Below are positions 1-9,457 of a DNA stretch of 64,000 nucleotides, piece by piece. The translations under genes were made by a program, and so were the position numbers. This DNA is from a candidate division FCPU426 bacterium (GTDB lineage Bacteria; Oederibacteriota; Muellerivitia; Muellerivitales; Muellerivitaceae): NCBI GenBank assembly GCA_963796105.1, contig CAWCKJ010000003.1, forward strand, positions 736,001-800,000. The letters are read 5' to 3'. Under the pieces are notes generated by a model, which was not told where the DNA came from, ran no database searches, and saw only the letters and a program-made list of their open reading frames with translations. Position 1 is the stretch's first letter. The number at the start of each line of letters is the position of its first letter.

Positions 1-33
1 AAATCAGAAGTACCTTTACTCTCATTCGATACC

Positions 34-2673
34 TCACTTGCGTCTCAAGTAAACGCCGTGTTGAAAAGCCATCGCATCCGCCAACCGACGTTGGAATTGA
101 CCAGAATATCCAATAAAGAAATACTTTGGTGCGGCGGCATAGTCCGAACTATTTACCTCACAACGCAACATTGAATATCGAAGTGTATCGCCCCCAGCGT
201 TGTAAACCAAATCCACCAGCCCATCAAATTCCTGTTGCTTCAGGGGAACTGATATTAGGCCCCGCAACTCACGCTCTCTTAGACTGACATCGTAAATAAA
301 CTGACCTTCTGCCTGGTCCCTAGTCCAAAGGTCATATGGTTTACCCGCATCGTCTTTGTTAATTGTCTTAGGATGAATTTTGTGCCCATAGCCATTGTTC
401 GCATTCCCTTTCTTGTCGGCAAGTGGTGTGTTGAGCTGACCCCCGTATTCGTTGTAAAGACAAAACATCCCATTTCTAATAACACAACCTTCCCAGTTCT
501 TGATCCAATCCTGCGCCGCCCCACTGGTAAACAACATATCCACCGGCCATCTTCCACCTGCGAAAAGATCGCCCTTTAGCATCTCCCCTTCCCTCGGTGC
601 CGTCAGCTCAATGCTTTCGTCGCCAAAGTCGTTTCCTGTGGGGTCGGTCTTGTCGGTCGGATCGTTGGCGAAACCGGCGTACTTGTTGAGGGTCAGCGGG
701 TCTTGCGGATCGCCCTCGTAGCTGTCCATGCCCATAAACCGGCCCTCGTTGGGGTTGTACCACCTGGCCCTGAGATAAACGAAACCCGTTTCCGGTTCTG
801 TGTATTCCCCTTGGAATCCCGGCCCAAGGCTGGTCGTGCCCGCCCGCCTCAAGACGTTCCCAAACGCGTCATAATCCAGGGCGTCCGTCACGTTCCCACC
901 GTCGTCAAGCACCAGACGGATATTGCCGGTGGCGTCGGCGACAAAGTAATTCGCCACCCAACTCACGCCCGTATTCTGCACTTGGTACAGCGGCCCCTTG
1001 AGGCCGTACACGTAGCGCCTCACCACCTGGCCGTTGACGAGTTCCTCCGACACCTGCGGGTTGGCCGTCAAGTTGTGCCTGTCCCACAAGTAATTAGTGG
1101 TCACCCCGGTCAGGTTGTTGGTCTTCTGTACCCGTAATCCGTCGCCATCATAAAGATAGGAAACATCCACGCCCGTTCCCGTCACGTGAGTCAACTGGTT
1201 CAAGGTGTTGTAGGTGTAGGTAAAGCCCCTTCCGTCGCTGGTCTGGTTTCCGTTCTGGTCAAAGTTAAATGTCGGCTTCAACTGATCCGCCGCGTCATAG
1301 GCCCCGTTGAAAGTCTGCGTGGGGATCGCCACCACGCTGGAAATGCGCTGTTGCCTGTTGCCCACCGGATCGTAGGAATAACCCACCATGCCCGTGTTGC
1401 CCGCCGGGTCTGTAACGATCTGCTCGCTCGTGAGCCGGTACAAGTCATCCGGCGTCCAGGTTACCGCCCTGCCGCTGGCTTCCTGCACCCCGATACGGTT
1501 CCCGGCCAGTCCCAGGGTGTAGGTATAACTGCCCACGACACCCGCCCCGCTTGTCACCGTCACCGCAGTCACCCGGTTCAAGGCGTCCACCCCGTAGGTC
1601 AGGGTCACGGCATCGGGCAGAACCTGGCTCACCAAATTGCCTACGCTGTCATAGCTCACGAGGGCCGTCTTTGCCCCGTCCAGGATGGTGGCCGGTCGGT
1701 TCAAAGCATCAAGCTGATACGTCAAGTTGTTGCCGTTCGTGTTCGAGGAAGAAACCGTATTCACCTGGCCGTTTCCATAATTGGTATAGGTCAAGGAACC
1801 CCACCCATAAGGGCCGAACTGGCCTGTCATGTGGTCCCTCTCGTCGTGGTTGAAGGTCGTGGCCCCGGAAGCGTCGTTCATCACCACCCGCATCTGGGCG
1901 TTGTCGTAGGTGTAACCAAGCGCCACTCCCGAAGCGGAAACCCCCGTCAAGTGGTCGCTGGTATCGTACCCGTATGTGAAGGCGTTCCCCGCGAAGTCGG
2001 TCTTGTTGAGCAAATTGCCCACGCCGTCATAGTTGGTGTAATTTTCCGTGCGGCCATCTGGTAAATGCCGCGTCGTGCGGCGGTTCATGATGTTCCAGGT
2101 GTACGAGGTTGAGTGGGTGTTCGCGTCCACCTGCGTCAGCTTGTTCCCCACCGCATCGAAAGTTCCATCCGTCCTGAAGGTGCCCAGGCTCGAAATCTGC
2201 CTCGTCTCCGTGAGCCTGCCCTGTCCGTCCAACGTGAACTCCGTGCGCTTGCTGGCCTGATCCACCGTGGCCGTGGTTCTCCCGTCGTTGTCGTACTCCG
2301 TGGTCTCGTAGGTTCCATCCGGGTAATCCACCCGCGTCGGGCGGTTCATGTTGTCGTAAGTTTCGTTGGTGATCTGGAAACGCCCATCCACGCTCACCGT
2401 CTTCTCGTTTCCATTCTCGTCGTAGGTGTAATCCGTCTCCTGCTGGTTGGAGGTGCCATAACCCGTGATGACCGAGATTTTCCTCCCCGCGTCGTCATAC
2501 CGGGTCACGGTTACCTTTCCGTTTTCATCCGTCACCGCCGACGGTCGCCCCTGCGCGTCCGGTTGGGTCGTCACCCGGCTTCCATCCTGGTAGCTGACCG
2601 CCGTGACAAAACCCGCCGCATTGTAGGTGGTGATGGTGGTGCGGCCTCCCCGGTCGGTCACTGTCGCGGGCCG
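34..2673 (-). pseudogene. RHS/YD-repeat toxin, 3' fragment (RHS core + GH24 lysozyme-like C-terminal tip), split by IS21
   Basis: Many YD repeats; RHS core end 'YLRARWYNPNEGRFMGMDS...NKYAGFANDPTDKTDPTG'; tip with WEG...GYGH...QQEFDGLVDLVYNAG...RR resembling phage-type lysozyme. Joins 5445-7630 in frame after IS removal. Confidence 0.85.
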
Positions 2674-2679
2674 TGTCAT

Positions 2680-2775
2680 TGGCCACGAGCTTTAACCCCC
2701 TAGCTGGCCAAGCACTTTGACCCCACCTCTGGCCAGTCACTTTGACCCCCTGTCTGGCCACCGACTTTGACCCCC
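2680..2775 (+). repeat. IS21 left-end transposase-binding repeats (4 copies, 25-bp period)
   Basis: TGGCCA-N4/5-CTTTRACCCC at 2680, 2705, 2730 and 2755; related inverted copies at the right end. Confidence 0.85.
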
Positions 2776-2836
2776 TTGCCAAGGGCCTCTCTAACCGTCA
2801 TTCCTTTCTTTTTTCACTTCATGTGAGGAGAACGGC

Positions 2837-4393
2837 ATGACCCGACAAGGGAGGCAGAGCGACATGACGACTATTCGTGAGATTTTGAGGACTTACCAGG
2901 CCTTGGGCGGGTTCAAACCCACTGCCCGGGCCCTGGGATGCAATAAGCACACGGTCAAGCAATACGTGCGTTGGGCGAAAGAACATGGCTTTCTCCAAGG
3001 GGAACTTTCCCTGGAAAAGGATTTGGCGAAGGCTTGGGAAGACGGCGAAAAATCCACGCCCGTTCCCGCTCATGCCTTGGAGGCCCTCAAGGGAATCATC
3101 CAAGAATGGTTGAAGGAAGATTTCACCTTGATTCGCATCCAGGAGATGCTTCAAGAGCGGCACGGGTGGAAGGGGAGTTACTCGACCCTGAAGAGGTATA
3201 CGGAGCCTTTTCGCAATGAGAAACCCGCCTACGTGAGGCTGGAGGTTGCGCCCGGCGAGGAGGCCCAAGTGGATTTCGGGCTTTTGGGCCGCTTGTGGGA
3301 CGAGACGCGTGGCAAGCAAGCCAAGGCCTGGGTTTTCGTGATGACCCTTTCCCATTCCCGGCATATGTACGCCGAGATTGTATTCGCACAGGACGTGAGA
3401 ACCTGGATCGCCTGCCACCGCCGGGCTTTCGAGTTCTTCAATTCAGTCCCTAAAAAAATCGTAATCGATAACCTGAAAAGCGCCATCGTCAAGGCGGCCC
3501 TCTATGATCCCTTGGCCAACCGTACCTACGTGGAATGCGCCAACCATTACGGCTTCATCATCTCCCCTTGCCGCGTCGCCACTCCACGCCACAAGGGTAA
3601 AGTTGAACGCGGCGTGCCCTATGTCCGTAATTCCTTCTTCAAGGGTCGTTCCTTCCAGGGCCGCACCGATGCCAACCATCAACTCCGCGATTGGGTGATG
3701 AACAAGGCAGGTTTACGGGATCATGGCACCACCCGGCTTCAACCCTTGGCCGTCTTCCAGAGCGTGGAACAGAAGGCCCTTTTGCCCCTGCCTACCGCGG
3801 CTTACCATCCAACTTTCTTCAAAGAAGCCACTCTGCACCCCGATTGCCACGTAGTCGTGGAAGGTTCCTATTACTCGGCTCCCTACCGTCTTCGGGGCCA
3901 AAAACTACTGGCCCAATTAACCGACACCACCGTTGATATATTTCTCAAACACGAATGCGTGGCTTCCCACGCCAAGGCCACACGCAAGGGAACCTGGCGC
4001 ACCAACCCGGGCCACTATCCCCCTGAAAAAGCGGTCTTCTTGGAACGAACCCCACAATGGTGCCTCAAACAGGCCCAGGCCATTGGACCTAATACCCATC
4101 AATTAATCCAACTCCTGCTGGAACACTCCCACCCCCTGGACCACCTGCGCAAAGCCCAGGGCATTCTGCGCTTGAGGGAAAAGTACCTGCCTTCCCGTCT
4201 GGAGGCAGCCTGTCTAAGGGCCCTCCATTTCGGAAACTACACGTACCAATCCATCAAAAACATCCTTCAAAAGAACCTCGATCAAAACCCGTTGGACCCG
4301 CCGTCGGATCCTTCACTCAAACCCCAGTCGTCTTTCGATTTCGCCCGGCCCGCGGAGGATTTCCTCCGTGCCTTGGCTCTGGATAAAAATTGA
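2837..4393 (+). CDS. istA: IS21 DDE transposase
   Basis: N-terminal HTH, 'PGEEAQVDFG', 'DNLKSAI', 'KGKVERGV' motifs; 518 aa. Confidence 0.95.
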   Translation: MTRQGRQSDMTTIREILRTYQALGGFKPTARALGCNKHTVKQYVRWAKEHGFLQGELSLEKDLAKAWEDGEKSTPVPAHALEALKGIIQEWLKEDFTLIRIQEMLQERHGWKGSYSTLKRYTEPFRNEKPAYVRLEVAPGEEAQVDFGLLGRLWDETRGKQAKAWVFVMTLSHSRHMYAEIVFAQDVRTWIACHRRAFEFFNSVPKKIVIDNLKSAIVKAALYDPLANRTYVECANHYGFIISPCRVATPRHKGKVERGVPYVRNSFFKGRSFQGRTDANHQLRDWVMNKAGLRDHGTTRLQPLAVFQSVEQKALLPLPTAAYHPTFFKEATLHPDCHVVVEGSYYSAPYRLRGQKLLAQLTDTTVDIFLKHECVASHAKATRKGTWRTNPGHYPPEKAVFLERTPQWCLKQAQAIGPNTHQLIQLLLEHSHPLDHLRKAQGILRLREKYLPSRLEAACLRALHFGNYTYQSIKNILQKNLDQNPLDPPSDPSLKPQSSFDFARPAEDFLRALALDKN

Positions 4394-4406
4394 GGAGGAA
4401 ACATAT

Positions 4407-5186
4407 ATGGAAAATAAACATCAGTTGGAGCCGCACCTGAGAAGGTTAAAACTCGCAGGTATGTTGGAGACGCTGGAAATCCGAAACCAGCAGGCCATTG
4501 AATCCCAGATCGGTTATATGGATTTCCTGGGCCAGTTGCTGTTGGATGAGCTGGAGCGCCGCCAAGTGGGCCAACTCCAAAGAAGGCTGAAAAAGGCGGG
4601 CTTCTCAACCCATATGACTCTAACGGGGTTCGATTTCGCTTTCAACCCGGCCATCAACCGGCAACAAATCCTGGATTTGGGTACTTGTTCTTTCGTGGAG
4701 CGAAAAGAGAACCTATTTTTCATCGGTCCCTCAGGTGTGGGCAAAACCCATTTGGCCTGCGCTTTGGCCCATGAAGTCTGCCGCAAGGGTTATGAGGTAC
4801 TCTTTATCAAGACCTCGCATGCGGCCCAACGATTAGCGGCCTCGCGCGGGGACGGTACCTGGGAAAACCGATTCGCATCCTTCCTGAAACCCGACCTCTT
4901 GATCCTGGACGACTGGGGTCTCAAGCCCTTCGACACCAAGGTCGCCGAGGATTTTTACGACATCATCTGTGAGCGTTATGAAAAGGGCTCCTTGATTTTT
5001 ACCACCAACCGCAGTCTGCGGGAGTGGCCGGAGCTTTTCGGCGACGCCCTCCTAGCCTCGGCTGCCATGGACCGCCTGGTCCACCATGCCACTGCCGTCG
5101 TCATTCAGGGCCCTTCCTTTCGGACCCGTTCCATGCGCGAAGAAATGAAAAAAGAACACAGCAGGGAAAAAGAGGCAAAACTATGA
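4407..5186 (+). CDS. istB: IS21 helper AAA+ ATPase
   Basis: Walker A GPSGVGKT, Walker B LLILDDWG, 'AAMDRLVHHA'; ATG 4407 preceded by GAGGAGG. Confidence 0.95.
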   Translation: MENKHQLEPHLRRLKLAGMLETLEIRNQQAIESQIGYMDFLGQLLLDELERRQVGQLQRRLKKAGFSTHMTLTGFDFAFNPAINRQQILDLGTCSFVERKENLFFIGPSGVGKTHLACALAHEVCRKGYEVLFIKTSHAAQRLAASRGDGTWENRFASFLKPDLLILDDWGLKPFDTKVAEDFYDIICERYEKGSLIFTTNRSLREWPELFGDALLASAAMDRLVHHATAVVIQGPSFRTRSMREEMKKEHSREKEAKL

Positions 5187-5444
5187 GAAACCCATCGTTC
5201 GATGCTGTCTTATTCGTGCAATCTTGCGCCTATTGGTTACGGGATTTGCGCGGGACTTCGTATCATCCAATGTTGGGGAAGCAAAACGCATCTTGTGAAA
5301 GGAGTTTGATGGGTCTAAATTAATCTAAAAAAAAGGCCCCGCAAGGCAGGGGTCGAAGTCCCCGAAACAGGCACCCCTCGAAGTGCCCAAAAGAGGGGGG
5401 GCAAAGTAGGCGGCCAGGGGGGTCAAAGTGACTGGCCAGTGACA

Positions 5445-7630
5445 GGCCGCCCATCCGCGTCGTAACCAGTGATTTGACTCGTGTTGTCGAAATTGTACTG
5501 GATGGTGGCCGCCTCACCCCTGGCGTTGTAGAAAGTGCTCGTCTGGCGGCTGTTCTGGTCCTGGGTTCCAATCATGTGCCCTGAACTGTCATAGGTCGTC
5601 TGGCTGTTCGTTCCGTCGGGATAGATGGTTTCTACCAAGCGGTTGGAAAGGTCGTATTGATAAACGGTGGTCTCCATCCCCGCGCCGGAAGTCTTCGCCT
5701 CGGTCAGCCGGTTCCCGTTGGAGTCGTAGGTATATGTTGTCACCAAAGCCGCACTCGACCCCGCCGCCGTGGTCTGGGTGAGCATATTGCCCGCACTGTC
5801 GTAAGTGCTTTGGGTCATGATTCCCGCCGGGTCGGTTACCAGTGTTTGGTTGCCATTGGCGTCGTAGCTGTAACTGTTGGGTGAGAATCCCGTGACCTGG
5901 CTCATGGACAAATTGCCCTTGGAATCATAGGTATTGGTGATCTGGATACCCCTGGGGGCGGTCAGGGTCAGCACATGGCCCTGGGCGTCATAGACATAGC
6001 TGGTGGTCAGGTTTTGGGTGGAACCGTTGGGATTGGGGATAGTCTCTTGGGTCAGCAACCGAGGATTGCGAAGCAGGCCCGTGGCCGGGTCAATGTCATG
6101 GTAAATGAAGGTGCTGGCCGACTGGTTGCCCGGTAAAAGCTCACTCGTCCGGTTGTCGTACTGGTCATAGGTGTACTTCGTCACGTTCCCCAAGGCGTCG
6201 GTTTGTTGAAGGATATTTCCCCTGTTGTCGTACTGGTATTGGATCGGCTGGCCCGTCCGGTCAGTCACCGCCTCACTGTTCGCGGCTAGGTTGTAAGAGT
6301 AGTGGATGACGTTCCCGAAAGCGTCCACGGAATCTATTTTGCGGCCCTGACTGTCATAATCCGTCCGTACCTGGACGTGCCCGGTCGGGTCTTTGATGGA
6401 GATGAGGCCGTGCGTGTTGTTGTAGGTATAAACAACCTTCTGCCCTTTGCTCGCCATGAATGGGTCTTGGAAAGTCGCTAGATCGTTCGACCCCCCATAC
6501 GTATAGGTGTAGGTGTAAGTGGGCGTGTACGTGCAATAGGGACATGGCGCCTGGGTATAGGTTTTGGTCGGGGTAAAAGTGACATGTGTGGCGCTGGGAT
6601 TGCAAAGATTGGATTGGGTGTAAATTCCAGTGCTCCCATTCTGGATAATTCCATCATTTTGCAGGCCGCCGGCGCCGCCCTGGACCGAGACTGAACCTGT
6701 AAAGGTGTTGCTTCCCAAAACGCAAAAAGCCACTAAACCGCCGCTGCCTCCCCCTCCAGCGGGGCAATCGAAGTCATCATTCCTTCCAGCGTTTCCACCT
6801 TGTCCGCCATTGGCCTTGACGGTTCCGGTGCCAGTGAGGTTATTCGCCTGGATATTGACCGCACCACCAGCGCCTCCGCCAGCGCCCGTCAAGTTATCCC
6901 CGTTATCGGAATAGCTTAAAGTCGAGGGTGACGCGCCATCCGTTCCGCTGAAATCCATCAACCCGTTAAAGTAAACGGTGCCGTTCAAGGCCTGCAGGAC
7001 AAGCGCCGCGCCTCCGTTACCGCCAGGTATCGAGATAAAACCAACCTGGTTAGGTTGACGCAGGTCTTGCCCGCAGGCGCCGCCACTCCCGGGTTGGGTA
7101 GGGTTCGCGGAATCGTCATAACCAATCCCGCCGCAACAGCTGGGATAATAAAGGCCGCCCGCGGGGGGATTATATTCATAGGTGCTTCCTCCCCCTGGGC
7201 CGGCATGACCCCCGCCGCCGCCGCCGGCTGCATCGGCATTTTCATTTGGCGTTCCATACCACCCCTTACCCGGCCCTTCCCCCAAACCATATGGGTCGGG
7301 TTGCGCGCAGCCTACGTAACCTAGGCCAGTCCCAATAATGGAACCCCCGGAATCAATCGTGACATCACCGGATAAGGTTAATGTCACGGCGCCGATAATA
7401 TAGAGCGTGCCTCCGGAATAAATATGGAGACTGCAGAGGTTGTATGTCCCAGGGTTCAAATAGGCGAATCCTGTGACGGACCAATTACAGGGCGGGTTGG
7501 AGAAGGTCGGGGTAGGCGTAAAGGTGATGGTTCGCGTGAGTGTGGGCGTAGAGGTGTTTTGTGCCAGGGCTTGGAGAGTCCCCAGCCAGGTAAAAAGCAG
7601 TAGGTAAAATATATTTCTGTTTGAACTCAT
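5445..7630 (-). pseudogene. RHS/YD-repeat toxin, 5' fragment (signal peptide, Thr-Pro segment, Gly-rich domain, YD repeats)
   Basis: Start ATG 7630 MSSNRNIFYLLLFTWLGTLQALA (Sec-like signal); GGGGGG/GGSGG-rich domain; YD repeats up to the IS21 boundary. Confidence 0.85.
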
Positions 7631-7796
7631 AGCATCACCTTCATATCCCCAGACGACTAATTCCAATTATATCCCAATTTATTCATGAAATATTTTATAA
7701 ACATGAGCCTAAACCGTGATAATCGCGCCTTTTTTCATCCTTTTGAAACTGGGTATCCGGCATCTGCGGACAGGACTACTTAGGAATAACAAAAGA

Positions 7797-7887
7797 AATT
7801 TTAAATTTTAAGTTTTGAATTCTAAGTTCCGGCTGGATTTCCGGATTTCGGAAATTCTCAATAATTCAACATTTAACATTCAAAATT
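7797..7887. repeat. AT-rich imperfect inverted repeat (heptamer-based hairpin element), copy 1
   Basis: Arms 7797-7821 and 7863-7887 are complementary at 21/25 positions; a similar element lies at 28900-28993. Confidence 0.6.
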
Positions 7888-7914
7888 AAGAATTGCAGTT
7901 GAAGTGTGGGTCGG

Positions 7915-8440
7915 GAAGTTCCCAGGTTCCCGGCCAGTTCCCGGGTTCCAGGCTGGTTCCAGGAGTTCCAGAGTTCCAGGTTTCCCGGATTACAAGGTTC
8001 CAGGCCGGTTCCAGGAGTTCCAGAGTTCCAGGTTTTCCGGATTACAAGGTTCCAGGCCGGTTCCAGGAGTTCCAGAGTTCCAGGTTTTCCGGATCACAAG
8101 GTTCCAGGCCAGTTCCAGAAGTTCCAGAGTTCCAAGTTTCCCGAATTACAAGGTTCCAGGCCAGTTCCAGGAGTTCCAGAGTTCCAGGTTTCCCGGATTA
8201 CAAGGTTCCAGGCCGGTTCCAGGAGTTCCAGAGTTCCAGGGTTCCCGGATTACGAGGTTCCAGGCCAGTTCCAGAAGTTCCAGAGTTCCAGGTTTCCCAG
8301 GTACCAAGGTTCCAGGCCAGTTCCAGAAGTTCCAGAGTTCCAGGTTTTCCGGATCACAAGGTTCCAGGCCAGTTCCAGGAGTTCCAGAGTTCCAGGTTTC
8401 CGGGATTACAAGGTTCCAGGCCAGTTCCGGGGTTCCAGGC
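7915..8440. repeat. Tandem array, 9 full copies of a 52-bp unit plus partial flanks
   Basis: Unit GTTCCAGGAGTTCCAGAGTTCCAGGTTTCCCGGATTACAAGGTTCCAGGCCR starts at 7956, 8008, 8060, 8112, 8164, 8216, 8268, 8320 and 8372. Confidence 0.95.
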
Positions 8441-8535
8441 CTGTATCCCGAAGCTTAATGCGTAGGGAGGGCCAGTTCTCGGGTTCCGGCGGATGTTCTT
8501 AGGCAACCCGCCATGCCGGTAGGCGACCCCCGCCA

Positions 8536-9060
8536 CCTGCGGGCAGGACCCCAAAACCTGCGGGCAGGTCTACCGCCACCTGCGGGCAGGAGCCCCGACA
8601 CCTGCGGGCAGGACCACCAGAACATGCGGGCAGGACTCCCGGATTCTGCTCCTAGGACTCCCAGATCCTGCTCCTAGGACTCTCGGAACCTACTCCTAGG
8701 ACTTCCTGAACCTGCTCCTAGAACTCTCGGATTCTGCTCCTAGGACTCCGGAAACCTGCTCTTAGGACCCCGAGAATCTGCTCCTAGGACTCCGGGAACC
8801 TGTTCCTAGGACACCGAGAATCTGCTCCTAGGACACCGGCACCTGCTCCTAGGACTCCAGAAACCTGCTCTTAGGACACCGAGAATCTGCTCCTAGGACA
8901 CCGGCATCTGCTCTTAGGACTCCCAGAACCTGCTCCTAGGACTCCAGAAACCTGCTCTTAGGACCCCGAGAATCTGCTCCTAGAACTCTCGGAACCTGCT
9001 CCTAGAACTCGTGGCTTCTGCGGGCAGGATTACAGTCATCTGCGGAAAGGGCCACCGGAT
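8536..9060. repeat. Tandem array, ~24 copies of a 21-22-bp unit with conserved core
   Basis: Core CCTGCGGGCAGG (8536-8623 and 9017) or YCTGCTCYTAGRAC (17 copies, 8645-8995); period almost always 22 bp. Confidence 0.9.
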
Positions 9061-9174
9061 CTGCAAATTGGAGACTCAACCCATACGGGTAGAGGGCCAA
9101 TATGGGTAATTTTAAAAGGGGGAGAAAAAAAGGGCCTGAATTACGTTTGTTGAAAGAACGGAAGTGGATTTACC

Positions 9175-9435
9175 CACCAATCAACCACACCTGCCGTGAG
9201 CCCACACGGCGAACGGCAAGATTTGGTTGTACCAACTGCCATAAGCAGTTGGTACAAGTTGATTGGTGACGGTTGGTAATGGCTTGCAAATGGCCTTACG
9301 AATAGCTTTCCATAAACCATTTGTGGTGTCGGGCGAATTACCCGACCAACTGGAATGCAATTGGCATGCGGGAAGTCCAAAGGTGGGCGTTGATTGGAAA
9401 ATGGCTCAATAGCCTAAAGTGACGAATGATGGCCA
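9175..9435. ncRNA. Candidate structured RNA element of unknown family
   Basis: Nested perfect stems: 9175-9185/9258-9268 (11 bp), 9227-9239/9245-9257 (13 bp), 9193-9198/9205-9210, 9328-9333/9341-9346, 9308-9312/9351-9355. No family recognised. Confidence 0.4.
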
Positions 9436-9457
9436 GACCCCATTGTTTCTTTTCACC

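Larger units (their letters stand above)
2674..5444 (+). mobile_element. IS21-family insertion sequence (2771 bp)
   Basis: TG...CA ends; imperfect IR TGTCATTGGCCACGAGCTTTAACCCCC / TGTCACTGGCCAGTCACTTTGACCCCC; 5-bp target duplication GGCCG at 2669-2673 and 5445-5449; istA-istB pair. Confidence 0.95.

Noticed and set aside
5183..5323. Small passenger ORF after istB
   Set aside because: ATGA overlap exists, but it is only 46 aa with no motif; unsupported.
7893..8502. Three overlapping + strand ORFs (184-198 aa) as real genes
   Set aside because: They arise from a stop-free 52-bp unit, with non-ATG starts and no clear RBS; kept only as a repeat finding.
8536..9060. CRISPR or TIGR-like guide array
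   Set aside because: Inter-core segments are only 7-9 nt, resemble each other and recur; no cas or tas-like gene in the window.
9141..9380. 79-aa minus-strand ORF
   Set aside because: TTG start, no RBS or recognisable motif; the region is better explained by base-pairing.
9365..9380. RNase P RNA or self-splicing intron (GGGAAGTCC)
   Set aside because: Only a partial match to GAGGAAAGTCC; other conserved RNase P and group I/II motifs not found.
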